From Antedon mediterranea (lineage: Eukaryota; Animalia; Echinodermata): 64,000 nt of DNA. The DNA is taken from assembly GCF_964355755.1 (NCBI RefSeq), contig NC_092674.1:6138001-6202000 (forward strand), given 5' to 3'. The translations under genes and the position numbers were made by a program. The notes beneath the pieces were generated by a model. The model saw nothing but the letters and a program-made list of their open reading frames with translations, was not told the DNA's origin and ran no database searches. Positions 1 through 14,700 of this stretch are shown here, piece after piece; positions within the stretch are counted from its first letter, which is position 1, and every line of letters begins with the position of its first letter.

Positions 1-2754
1 AATGGCCTATTAAAAGTCTAATTTTATAAATCCTTATTTTTCATGATTTTGGGGGAACACCTTTGAAGAAAAACACCTTACATGATTTGTTGACTTTTAA
101 ATATTAATTCTCATAATTGGTGTTTTATAATCAATTTTGATTTGATTAAAATGTGTCCTTTTATTTTGTTATATCTTTTAGTATTAAAATACTTGAATAT
201 TTTTTTTTATTAATAAATGGTCATTCAGTTTATTCTGTAATGCTATTTCATTTTTATAAAACTAGATTTCATCGTAAATACAGTAGTTATCATGTTTTAT
301 TATATAAGAATTTGTTAATAATTATTGTTTTAATTAAATTGTTCTCCCTGAATGTAGTATGTGAACTTGTTTCTACAATATTTTATTTTTGCTTAATATG
401 TTTAAAGACATTCTAGACATCATTGTTACAGTAAATAATTTTATGATGTGAGTGTTCTCATTTTTTAGGACATTCCTCTGTAAATTTCAATTACTTTTTA
501 TCAGTTCATTATTGTTAATGTGAATTTATGGTGTTTTTGTTGCAAAGTGTGGCGTGACACATAACTGGCATTGCCTCAAGTGTATTCTTACTTTACGCAG
601 ATTAGATTTATAAAACAAGAAATAATAAATCTAAATATAAATTTCTATCAGAAAAGGTTTTTAATTTTCAAGTAAAGCTATCTTTAGACGTACGTGTTAC
701 TGCATGCGACACGAAGAAAAAAAACTGTAAAAGAATGTACCTCTCTGTACATCTTTTATTCTGAGTTTACTAAACTACAGCCTTATAATATATTAATACT
801 ATATCAACTAACTACAGCCTTATATCTTATAATACTGTAAAAGTGTGGTAATATTATACCATCAACATTTACATCCAATTTGGGTATGGGCGCATTATGT
901 CACCTGTTTTCCCTTCCCATCATTAGCTACTTATATTTTGTTGTTGTTCACCATGATCTAATATATACAGAATATATTATTTTTGTCACAATTCAAATAA
1001 ATAAATAAAAATAAGTAATCTGTGGTCTAGCGGATAAGGTGCTCACTCTGTATGTAAAATGTTTTAGGTTCGAATCCACAGACATATCCATTTGTAAATT
1101 TAACTTTTTAATTTATTGGTATAAGGCTATGTTTGTAATTTACATACCTTTTGTTTATTACCCTGGTTATTACTTAATTATTAATTTATGACCAGTATAA
1201 TTTACAGTATAAACATCACATTTGATGTAAATATAATATATCATGTTAATTGTTAGTTTGTAGAACAAAGTAGTTTTTTATGTGATTTATCCAATACAAA
1301 TATCCCGTACAGTAGTACAGTATAACATACTTTTATGTTTTAAAGATTTTGAGGAGGGGATAAGGTTTAGGTTTTTTGCCATTTTATTTTAATTAAATCA
1401 TTTAACCACTTTATGAATAAACATGAACGAATTATAGCAAAAAATTTTTATCATTATTTTTATATGGATTGCAATTTGAATTTCTTACAAATACATTTTG
1501 ACTTATTTTCCAATACATAAAAAAAGAAATTTGATATTGTGTAAATTTATTTTTACAACTTTTGAAAGGAGCACTGATTTTACAGTTATAAATTTATAAA
1601 AATTCTCATGGGAACAACAGTTTTTCATTTTGTAACTAAATGTTTGGTTGAAAAAACCTTAAAAGATGTTGTTCAATGATTTATTATCATGTATATTAAA
1701 TTTGAAATCAGCACCAAATGAAACGAAACATTCTCTGATCACAGGAGAATGACATCCATTAAGTTGAAAGAAAAGACACAACGAATATGGACTAATATAA
1801 ACAAGAGTAAATCGTTGTAAATATTGTTAATCCAACAGGGATTAGTTAGGATTAGTTTAAAGAAGATGCAATTACTGTGTAATCAATATTACTCCATTCA
1901 AATCTAGTAATCACCTCTTAATAATAATAATTTCAGTATTATATTAATAAACTATATTGAATATATTAATAAACTATATTGATTCAATTAATGCACTATA
2001 TGAATATGCCATTTGTGACAATATTCAAACATTCTTTAATGATGTCATGACCTATTTTTACACCACGCCTACAATAGGTCAAAATGAATAATGTACCAGT
2101 TGTGATGTGGGCACGGGTTGACCTTTGACTTCTTTACCAGATTTCCAAGAACAATATACTTTTAACCAATCATATGATTTAAGTAAATATTATTAGTTGA
2201 TGGAGATCTTCTAGAGTACACTTGAAGTATTAGATTAATTAAACTAATATTAACATGTTTAACTTTACTATAAAAGAAAAACAACTTAATTAATTCATTT
2301 TAATGGAAAGGTTTAAAATACTTCCTTTTGATGAGTTTCTGACTATCTTAGCCTCAAGTATCCAATTTGTTTTGTGTATGATCAAGGTATCTGTGGCATT
2401 GTGTTGAATTTGGGTAAAAAGTCTTGTGGTCTAATGAGTTGACATTCTTCCTGTGTAAGCAAGCAGTTCCATGATAGATCGAATCTCAAACTTTTTTGAT
2501 TGGGTTATGATCAATACTGTACAATTATGACATCTAAAACAAATTCTGTTGATATGTTTAAACAAGAAATATTTCTCACAGAAAATGCCGCTCGACTTTA
2601 GTAAACGTAATTCTTGTATAATATACATCCCTTTATGCCTGTACATACAATACAAAAGACGATCCCACTTAACAAACTGTATTTAGTATTGTTAGGTAGC
2701 CTACTACACCTATACATAAACATTGTATTGATATGAGACCATGATTTTGTTTAG

Positions 2755-5700
2755 CATTAGGAGGGCTAAGAGGCAGGGCAAGGGTGACTCGTAGAAGCCC
2801 ACCAGAGACACAAGGTAAGACCAATTCTTAGATTATAATATTCTTGCTCAAAATAACATTGTGCTTCTGGTGAAGGTTTCAATAATCAATTAAATAATTA
2901 ATATAATTAATAATAATTAATTAGGGCAGAAATATTCAATAATTTCACTAATCACTGCCAAATAATAAAAATTAGATCTACAGAGGTAACACCCACATGA
3001 TCAATTAAAGCTTTACACTATCAAACTTTATGTGGCAAAAAAATGTGATGATGGACATGATGCCATATCACTACCATGTTTAAGCATATCACTACCATAT
3101 TTGGGCACATCACACTTAATACTGTACAAAAGTAACATGGCCAAATATATTTATACTAACTATCATAATGGTGGGCATTAATGGTTACATGATGCATCTT
3201 AAGTACAAGGCATGGGTTCGAGAATGTGCCATATTGCTTACATGCTTTAATCTCATGGCTTCATCCTTCGGATTGGATGTACAGTCGTTAATCCCATGTA
3301 TACAAAATGCACACAGTAAAGAATTTCGTACACTACTCGAAACGAGTAGAGGATCCTCTCCTACTGATCTTGGTGCCATGGGTGCATAGAGGGTGCGCAG
3401 TGGCTGCCGTGGGTGCTCTGAACTGCGGTGAGTGCACTGCGGCTGTTGGGGTGCATAGAGGGACTAACTTGAATTTCCTCAACTGCAGACTAATAATTAA
3501 TTTACATCCAAAAAATATTTTACTAAAGGAATGTGGTATTGCTAATAATCTCAAATTATTTGATTACATAAAATGTCATAATGCTGTAATTGAAACCACA
3601 TTTGTACTAACCTCACACATTACATTAATAGATTAATTATGTTATTGACATTATTAAACAATTACTAATATTGACTGTATTAATGTATATCCTCTGGTAT
3701 TATCCCCCTCCTTCTTAGAAAACGAAATTGTGCTGACTTGGGGGAGGGCACTATACCCGAGGAAACACAGTTTCAAGGGAAAAAATACACTTCTTGTAAA
3801 AACTCATTTAAAAGTCAATACTGGGACTATGCCTGGGGATATGCCTGACGTAAAGTTACGTAGGGGGTAGGGTTAAACCAGAAGAAAAATAGCATAATTA
3901 TTATAAAATATTTAATACACTATTGGTGAAGGCTGCTATTTCAAACCTCAGATTTGGGACAATTATTAAAAACATACACTAGAGATGATATATTAGTAAT
4001 CTTGATAAACCACAGAACAAATACTAGAATTATATAGGATTTGAACCAATGACTCTGTGATTATAAATCATATTTTAACCACAAATTATTGACAGTGATA
4101 TTATTTTTATATAATAATAATAATATAAAAAGATATATAATGAAATGAATCTTTCAACTTTAAGTACATTTTTATAGGCCTAGACCCGCTATGACCCAGG
4201 TATGGGAACATTCAATAAATTTTAAGCCAACCTCATATTCCTACTTAACTTTAGCTCGCACGCAACACCATTCTGACATTTATTGTAAAGTTTTTACGAG
4301 TCCTCGTCCCCGGAAATTTTTTTATAGGATTTATGTCGTTGCTCTTCCCCTTTTCACAGCAAAATGAAATTATGAACTACTTTTTGATATCTATTTTTGA
4401 CAGATTATTAATATAATTAATATGATAGCCTTTAGTTTGAAAAATCTTGAATTGCCCCTGACCTACTGTAAACGTGTGGATGTTGGATTATAAACTAAAG
4501 CTCTGTCTACACTATCAAACTTTATTTTTTAAAAAAATGTGAAATCCCCTTACTATATGAAAATAAGGGTCAACCGACTCTTTGAGTTATAGTAATTGTT
4601 TTGCTTTAGTTGCCCCTGACCATTCTGCTTTGTTTCTGTGCTGTTCTGTATCTGGTTTTGGTCGAATAAATAAATGAAATGATGATGTCATATCACTACC
4701 ATATTTAGGGATATCACTACCTACCATATTTAGGCACATCATAGCTTGATAGTGTAGACAGAGCTTAACTTTAATTAACTTATTTTATTGAATGGTTGAC
4801 TTTTGGAGATGAAAACTATTTTCTTTGTATTCATTATGGAGAAATGTAAACTGTATTTAAAAATTAGCATTAATTAAAGAAAAGTTAATTGATTTGAATT
4901 TTTAAATTTTCAACATGAGAAAGTTCAATAAAAAAAAAATGTACAAAAAAATTGACAGGGTTGGTTGTAACTTGTTTTGAACTTAACATGGGTTGTATTA
5001 CAGAAATAAAAACTCAATTACAAAATGTACCTGTGAGGTATTTACTATGTCTGTTTTATTTATCTTGTAGGCAGCTTTTACAAATTGTTTTTTTCCAGTA
5101 TCATAAATTATGGTCTGAGTGTAAAAGTATGGATTACTATGTTTTAAAAAGTAAAGCTTTTGACCCAGATTTTAGTGTGTATTCCTCTGGGAACAAGAAA
5201 ATGTTATTTAATTAAACTACATGCAAATCTATTTGTATTTGAACTATTAACTGTTGAAATAATTGTATTTTGACAAGTTTGTACAGTATTGAGAAATAAT
5301 CAAATTAAGAAAAATATAATTTAATAGTTATGTCGTAAATGGGAGAAATCCTATTTTAGTGTGATTTTCTGTTGCATATAACATTTTTTTCAGAAATAAA
5401 ATGATCAATCAATCAATCAATCAATCAGACTAGAAGTGAGAATACTTTAGGCTAAACCCCAACTAACTTATTCTTTTATTTACACAGTAGGGTAAATAAA
5501 AACAAATGTTACTTTTAAATCAATGATTTGTTAGCCTTTACTATTAGTATTAGCAATTGCAATGTACCAACAAGAACTTGATTGATGACTTATTTTTTTT
5601 ATTTATTTTAGTAAAATAAGTCACATAGCTCAAAAGTTTAATGAACGAAAGTAAATGCTCAAGTCAACATTATTCAACGTATAGTGTGATACATGAATTG

Positions 5701-8700
5701 GTTTAAAGGTTAAAAGTGTGGATGGCAAATACTTTTTATCTATCCCTTTAAAAGTTGACAAAAACTTGGTTGGTGACAACAAATTTTTTAGTGACAAAAA
5801 CTTGATTGGTGACAAAAACTTGGTTGGTGACAAAAAAATGGTTGGTGACAAAAACTTGATTGGAGACAAAAACTTGGTTGGTGACAACAACATTTTTAGT
5901 GACAAAAACTTGATTGGTGACAAAAACTGGGTTGGTGACAAAAACATGTTAGGTGACAAAAACTTGGTTGGTGACAAAAATTTTGTTGACAGAAATTTGA
6001 TTGGTGACAAAACTTGGTTTTGACAAAAACTTATTTAGTGATAAAAATTTGGTAGTGAAAAAAACTTGGTTGTTAATAAAAACTTGATTGTTGAAAAAGC
6101 TTGGTAGGTGACAAAAACTTGGTTGGTAACAAAAACTTGGAGTACTGTAGGTGATATATGTTATGGATAGATGACAACATAAAATAATTTTTTTTTAAAG
6201 ATTAACAATAAAGTAAATATTGATATTTGTCATAAATTCATTATTGTATCAATTCAATATTAGTGAGATAACATAAGATTGTGAAGTTAATTATACTTTC
6301 TCTTTTTGTATTAGATGATGATGATGATGATGATGATGATAAACCTGAAATTACTGAATTACCAAAATGTGATCCGAGGGCTACAGTAGTAGAAGTACCA
6401 AAGGACGACCCAAATGTTTTCTTTTATCCTCCTTGCGTGGAGTTAGAAAAATGTAGTGGTTGCTGCACTAGTGACCTTTATGAATGTACAGCGGTAAAGA
6501 GTAAACCGGTTGTTGTTCACGTAATTGTAAGTTGACCAATTATTGTTTTTTTGAATTTTTTTCCCTTCCTTCTTTTGTCGTGCTTTGCTATTAAGTTGTT
6601 ATCTTAGCAGCCATCTCTTTACTAAAATTTCATTTAGTTTGTATTCGTTGTTTGTAAAAGATCACAGCGGTGTTTTTCTTTCCCAGAGGCGGGATTAGAG
6701 TAGAGATGTTTAAACAAGCCCGTGGCATAGGATTTACAATCCAAGAAGCCATCAATATTCTTTACTTCAGTCACCTAATCTTTCAATATTTGCTTTACCC
6801 TTTTCCTGCGTAATCATAATCTTTCTGGTGTATTTGTTTGTTAAGTGCCAAATATAGTCACATTATCGCTCTATTATTTACTTCTAACAAGACAGTTTTC
6901 TGTGGAATTATTTTGATATGAAATATAAAACTTATAAAATTAGTTGTGAGTGATAGACATTGCTATATAATCACACTTGAGTTTTTAGGGGACACCTTTA
7001 TGACCACTATTCCTCATAACGTCGTCGCAAAGTTATTTTACCAATCGTATGTGTTGGATCATAAGATCTGTTTCTTGTGATTGGTCAACTTCCTTGTGGT
7101 GTTGTGCCTAAGTTGTTGCGTTGTGTCCAAGTGGAAAACCAAACTTAGGTCAGCCTTTGTAATATAATCAGTTTGAAGTAATGAATGTAATGTATTTAAC
7201 AAAGGCCAGCATGCTGAAATACTAGTAAAAACAAAAATTGATTGTAAAATAAAAATAAAGTTGTAACAAACAGATTTACACAAAAAAAGCATAAGGCTCT
7301 GTCTACACTATCAAACTAGTTTGAAAAAAAGTGTGATGTGCCCAAATATGGTAGTGATATGCCTAAATATGGTAGTGATATGCCTAAATATGCTAGTGAT
7401 ATGCCTAAATATGCTAGTGATATGCCTAAATATGGTAGTGGCTTGATAGTGTAGACAGAGCTTAAGAGGAGGTTTATTCTAAACTTTTATTCTGTGTGTC
7501 TTGTACAGGTATACGGATATTTATCAAATTCTGGAAACTTAAAAGAGCCCTATCCTATAACGATGCAAGAGGACGTGAGTTGTGAATGTTTATGTAAGGT
7601 ACAAAAGAAACATTGTAATCTCAACATCCACCAATATACCCAGTGTTCCTGTCAATGTATAGCAGGCAGACAGACATGCTCAGAGACTATGTACTGGGAT
7701 GCGCAGACGTGTAGTTGTATATGTCACGCGACCCCACAACAAAGGTCAGTATGTTGATAGAGCTTTTACTCCTAAAGGCCAATTTACAGAGTGGAGCGGT
7801 AACGGTAAGCAAAAAAAACACGTAGCTTGTCCCATGTATAATCTGTATCTATCCCAAGTTGAAACCGCCTGTCCTCTCCGCGTTGTGTATAAATAATCTA
7901 AAGGAGTTATCGTTACTGCTCGTCTAACTTTTAAGCTGCATCTTTTGGTCACTTAGATTAATTTTGGTTGATTATCATTCAGGGTAAAAAACTATCTCGA
8001 TCTATTGGATCAACAAAAAATAAATGTTTCTCTTCTACCTCGAAGTAGTTTGCATCAGGGAACAATAATAATAATAGTAATTTTTGGGTGGGACTGAAAC
8101 CATGACCTCCATAAAACTAGCCTGGCGTTGATGATACCTCTAGACCACCGCTGATCAATAGGGTTTGAATTCAAGGAAGCTGCAGGATAATAATTTAATA
8201 ACTACTTTGAAATAGCTTTCTAGGAAGCTAAGGTGTCACCTTTTTTTCAGGGTACAACAAATATCTAACCAGTTTTTTGTTGTATTGTATTCTGTCTGTA
8301 CATTTAATTTGTTCATTAATTACTTTTTTATTTGTTTTAAGTTTTTGTTTCCATTCTTTGTTTGAAGTGTGCCACTGATGGAAAGATGTTGTTTCCAATT
8401 ATTAATAATAATAATTAATAATTAATAATTGGTCTTTTTATATAGGGGTGTCCCCTGAATAGGAGTGTCCTATGGATGGGTATTTGCATCTCTATATTCT
8501 TTCATGTTTATGCTCTATTGCTGCCTTGTCTGTGGTGAGGCATCAGCAAAAAAGTCAAATAAATATTCTCTCTCATAATTTCCTTATGAATACCTGTTGA
8601 TAATGGATTTAAATATTGTGTACATTCTCAGTCATCTAAAGGTTACGTTTACATGCTTCAATGATTTATAATAAATTTCTATCCCAGATACAAAAGATCA

Positions 8701-11700
8701 TTAAACATTGTTTGAATAAAAAGACATGTTTTAAATACTTTTTAAACACCTTCTGCATTTATAGGTTGATTTTTATAGGTTAACTCGTTGAAACACCCGG
8801 AAGTTCAGTTTTCAGTAACAATTTTTCTCCCCACCCACCTAAATTTTTGAAATATCTACATGCAGTACAATCTTTTCAGTCAATATTTATTGATTAATGT
8901 ACAAAACTTGAAATTGATTTGTTTCTGCTATTTATAATAATTCAATAAATTAACTTTATCTTAAAACTTCTGATCAAAGCCATTATTTGATTTTTGATTT
9001 GATTGTTTGTGAATTATTTTTGTGAATCGTAATACCCTGTAATGTTCTTGCAAAAATAAATGTGCTTTGGTAACGGTAAACAGTTAATATGACTACATTT
9101 TATCTCTCTATATACATAGATTGGGAAATGGTACGCATGAATACCGATTCATGTATGCATGTTTTGTAAATAGATAGTCGGCTGGTAGATTATTATCGTC
9201 TCCTCACCCTATTTCTTACTTTTAGACATTGAGGAATGTATGTTGTGTTAAAAGTATAATTACAGGCATGTTTGCTATATATTGAATAGGTGTCATAATT
9301 GTATATGTTCATCTTAATAGCCAAAGAAACATAGTCTTAACTCTCCATCTGAAGCTCTGTCTACACTATTAAACTAGTTTGACAAAAAAGGTTAAATATG
9401 GTAGTGATATGCCCAAATATAGTAGTGATATGACATCATGTTCATAATATGGGCACGCCACATTTTTTTGTAACATAAAGTTTGACAGTGTAGACAGAGC
9501 TTGAAGCTTGCATGTACAGTATGTAATAGCAGGCAAATGGCCTAGCAGTAAAGGCAGGGGCCCAGTACCTAAAGTGCCAACAGTGTATCAGCAAGGGTTC
9601 GAGGCTGACTCTCTCCAGTTCTAACAACACTTTGATAAATACTATCAACCGTAATGCAGGTCCAGTGTGCACTTTAAAGAACCGAGTTGATTATTTGAGA
9701 TGAGTAGGGGGTTATCCTGGTGAACTGGTTCACAAAATAGCCCCTGTATCAGAGAATTACCACTATTAAGTCAGTGATTAATTTTCTATTGGTAATCCTT
9801 GGCCATATGTGCCTAAATAAAAAAAACAAAATTGAGGTTGTATTATCAATGTGATAGCCAGTGAACGTTGTATCTAGGTTTGGCTGACTGCTATTTCAAC
9901 CCCATCATATTTGATACTATAGCAGTGATAATGAATCCACTTTAATGTACAGTATGAATAAAGAAAATACAGTGGGAAAATAAGCACAAAGCTGGTCATT
10001 ATAATGAACTACCACACAGGGCTAACAGGATCAAGGGAACACATAATCTGATTTGCATTTAAATTACTCTTAAGCTTGTTATTTTTGTCTAACTTTTATT
10101 TAAAAGGATTTTTAAAGGGTGTTTTAAATAAAGGGAACACCAAGTAAATGATGTGTGAAAATACAACTTTACATAATTGATTAATTTTATTTTATTTGGC
10201 AGTGGATTTTTAATCGCAAAATTACAAACAATGTTATAGTGTTAAACTCTGTCTACAGTAGCAAACTAGTTTGACAAAAAAAAAGGTGCGATGTACCAAA
10301 ATATGGTAGTGATGTTCTCAAATACGGTAGTGATATGACATCATCATGTCCATATATGAGCACATCACATTTTTTTTGTCACATAAAGTTTGATAGTGTA
10401 GACAGAGATTAAGGATTATCTTTGCAGTTACGGTTATAACAAGAAGTTATTTGTGTTTTTAAAAAAAATCATTCATGAATTTTGTTTGATTATTTCTGCT
10501 AGGGACATTGCACCTTTGTAGGTTTGTGGTTTGGCATCTGTAAATCAGAAATTTAAAGGTGGGCTTTAAACTACTGGGTTATACAGTATCTATTGTAATT
10601 TATTTTACTCACTGGAAAAATAAATTACACTGCTGTAATCATCATAAATTGATTGAATTTTATTTTGAACAAATGCAATTTAAACTTTGTGACACGTCTC
10701 CGTTCAGGATCATTTAAACTGATGAATACACACATTATATCTTTATCTTGTCACTATATCTAATGGTTATGGTGTCACTAATAATGGTTAATGCTATTCT
10801 TTCCTTTGAAATAATTGACGAGTCTGTGACTATACCTTTATTGATACAATTTTTGGCTAGCCTTTAGTGGAGTGAAAAGTTTAGCATGAGAAATTGAGTG
10901 TTCTATAGAATACGATGATTGACAGAGATATCAAAAAAATATATCTCTCATACTCGTAAATATATTCACAATAAAACGTCAAATTGTGCGGCCGGTTTCC
11001 TGTTTGAAACATAATGGATGTGGTAATGAGTTCAGGTGAAATCATTAAAATTGAATTTATGTTCTGTATTTCAATTATAGTTCAATAGTGAAGATGTTTG
11101 TATAAGTTATTAGCTTTCTTTTGTACTGCCGGATATGCTGTTTAGTTCCCCATAGATGTATGTTGATGTCAAATTATTCTAGGTTAAGTTACTCTTGCAG
11201 TTACTACTGCAGCTACTGCAGTCGTATACTATGTTTAATCTTTAACTGATTTTAAACTTGTTTAGCAAGTTTTTGTTGTACTGATGATAATGTTTATTGC
11301 ATTGACTGTCTTCTTAAGCAAACTAAAATCATATACGCATTAAACAAACAATAGTTACTGCAGCTACTGCAGTAACTATTTTGAAGTTATTTAGCAAGCT
11401 TTTTTTACGTACTTATACTGTTTATTGCAGTGACTGTCTTTCTACATTACAGTAAAATCATATACTGTACGCTATTGCATTAAACAAATATAGTTACTGT
11501 AGTAATATCACATGTCTTTTTAAAACTTGGCCCTAGCCCTTTTTGGCTTAAGCCTTGTCTACACTATCAAACTTTATGTGACCAAATGTGATGTGCTCAT
11601 ATATGGACATGATGATGTCATATCACTACCATGTTTGGGCATAAAACTACTATATTTGGGCACTTTTTTTGTCAAACTAGTTTGATATTGTAGACAAGGC

Positions 11701-14700
11701 TTTACTTGAGATTCCACACATAAACAATGATTCTAACAAGTTTTTTTCTTTTCTTTTTTACTTTATGTGGAACAATAAAATGAATAAATATAGTTACTGC
11801 AGTAGAATAATTTTGACATGATTCTTTGGATGGGAATTGCGTGGTTAACCCGGTGAAGTTTAGGTGAAAATCATAAAAGTGATTGAATGTTCTATATTCA
11901 CTACATCATTCATGAACCTTACTCCACTTTGGTACCTCAAATTACAGTACATCTACACTACAGTATATCACATTTCTTTGTGAATATAAGTTATATGAAA
12001 TTGACATTCTAATTATGAAGTTCATGCGCAAGTTAATATTAATGTAATCGGGTTATGGTAGTTAAAATTAAAGAATTGAAGAAAAGGTCAAATTGTGTCA
12101 TTCGATCATTCTGATTGGCGGTAAAAGTCATTAAACATTATTCAATGTTCTTTTCAAATTCTTTTCAATGCTTCTGTCAAAACAAGTATTAAAATGGCAA
12201 AGTGGGTTTAGTTCAAGAAACTAGTTCTGAGGTGAAAATTATTGTGGTGTTGTGGTTGTGAAAAGGGTGTTAATTACTGAACAAGTCATTAAATGTTTTG
12301 TAGAAAGAGAGAAATTTATTTTTGGTGATCTATAGGTGAATAGGAGATTTCAATGTACTATAAGAAGACAAAATTGGGTTACTGAGATATTAAGTTACCA
12401 TACCACCATTATTTTCTATAAAGCTAAATTACAGTTACATTAAATTACACAGAGAAGTGGTAAAAATACCTAAAAATATCAAACAAAAATACAGAATCTA
12501 TGTTATGCCATCCTTATGACTATTTGCATAAAACGCGGAGTAGACGGGCGGTTGTTGAATACAGATTCTACGTGGGACAAGCATGTAGTTTTTTTCTGCT
12601 TACCGTTACCGCTTGTTTGTGTAAATTGTTCTTTATGCATTTTTTGAAAGGTTTGCTTATATTTTGATTTTTACAAATTTGTTACAATGACCTTGGGAAT
12701 AAGTTTCTGTTTAGACACGCTCAATTAACCAGCTATCTTTTTTAAAAAAAGGGATTTATATTTTCATATCAAAATTTATTTAGTTTAAATATTTTCAGGG
12801 TAGAATTATTTCAGTGCCTTTTCTAGGCATCTTAGTAATCTAACTCTTTTTAACTTAATAAATTACAGTGTATGTATATGCCATATAATGGTTCCAAAGC
12901 TGATAAATTAACAAGAGACTTCTCTGGAATTAACTACAGTGGAACCTATATTAAGGGGACACCTTCAGGACAACAGTGTCTCTTAATAGTCTTAATGGGG
13001 TGTCACTTAAATAGGAGTTGGCTGTAGTGTTAGAATATATATTTTACCTTTTCACTTCACATTAAACTTGTCCCCTTAATAGGGGAGGCCCCTGAATAGA
13101 AGTCCCTTAATTAGGATTGGCCGTAGTGTTATCAACATATATTTTACCTTTCCAGTTCACTTTAAAGTGTCCCCTTAGTAGAGGTGTCACCTGAATAGGG
13201 GTCTCACCTGAATTGGGGTGTCCCTGAATAGAAGTGTCTCCTTAATAGGGGTGTTACCTGAATAGGGGTGTTACCTGAATAGGGGTGTTACCTGAATAGG
13301 GGGGGTTACCTGAATAGGGGTGTCGCCTGAATAGGGGTGTCGTCTGAATAGGGGTGTCGCCTGAATAGGGGTGTCGCCATAATAGGGGTGTCGCCTTAAT
13401 AGGGGTGTCCCAAACACTGAGGTTCTACTGTAATTCTAATGATAAAATAAAAATCATCTCCAATTTCTAGACTAGCAAAAATGATAGTTTCAGAACAATT
13501 TTCTTGCATAAATAAAGTCCACTTATTTTTGTATGTACTTTTTATTTACCATAGAATTTGCGCTAAAAAACGGCAAGTATTTGATGAGGAACTATGTCGC
13601 TGTGATTGTAAAAGACACGCCAGAGAACGCTGCCAGTCACCTAGAGTATTCAACGAATTTAAGTGCAAGTAGGTATTTCATTATTCGTTTTTAAAATTCA
13701 TAATTTATGTTAAATCATTTTAACTTTATTTTACTTACTCTGGACGCACCTTCATTCAAGAAGTGTGCCACTGTTTCAAAAGTGTAGCTTCCAAATAAAT
13801 TATTATTATCATATTTAGCATATTTTACACTCATATATTCCTTTTTCTATTTTTTTTCTGTCATACGTATCGATTCGAAGTAACCATCTCTTTTGCAAGC
13901 AATTCTCTATTATTTTTGACACAAAACAGCTGCCAATTTTTCCCCCAAAAAATAAAATATATACTTAAAAGTAACTTTTTTTGGCCATCACCTGAATAAA
14001 CTTACAAAAAGTATTTTGTCTGGCTAGAACCGTTTACAATAACATAAGACATACCATAGATCAAGCTTTATTTAATACCAATAATGGCTATAATCTACAA
14101 GATTATGATTTTAGTTCTTGATGCCGGGTCAGCAAGTTTGCGCACGTGACTTGCCCGATCTATATTACTATAGCTTTATCATCAAATATTATACTTCCAA
14201 GGGTAAAAGTATTTAATAGTTCAGACAGGATTAAATAATTGACATATTAGAATAGCTTCTCACCTGCGAGGAATTCCTCTGTGGTTATTTGTACGTGGGT
14301 TTTTATTAAATATTTATTAAAGGATAGAGAGTGATTACAGTATTTCTTATGAATGTCGATGAATTTTTTTTGTACATCATTTAAAAATCTTGTAGTTCAT
14401 ATTATATCATATCACATTTATTCAATTAATGAAAACTCTAACAATAAACAATATAAACAAATAAAGATGTCATTAATTTGGATCAAACTTAGAGGCCAAG
14501 TTATATTGAATGAATAGAATTTTAAAATACTAATATCTTAATTTCTTTCAAGAAAGTTTGATTAGTTTAATGTAATAAATCCAACTAGGAAAAAATACTT
14601 TAAAAAATCAAAATGCTGTTGATATCAGTTTCTGGATATACTGTTTAAATATAATAAGCAAAAGTCTAAATCAAAACCTTAAACAGCTAATTTCATTCAT

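Noticed and set aside
153-416. Hydrophobic 87-aa ORF as the VEGF signal-peptide exon
   Set aside because: GTG start, composition typical of AT-rich non-coding DNA, and no convincing phase-compatible donor.
5630-6023. Repetitive ORFs (SPTKFL / GDKNLV repeats) resembling a repeat protein
   Set aside because: They are translations of an 18-bp intronic minisatellite, open on both strands, with no splice support.
6326-6346. DDDDK enteropeptidase site in the VEGF precursor
   Set aside because: It is followed by Pro, which blocks cleavage, and arises trivially from the GAT repeat.
13185-13410. Regularly spaced short repeats reminiscent of a CRISPR array
   Set aside because: Head-to-tail tandem units with no unique spacers, inside a MITE, in a eukaryotic intron, with no cas genes.
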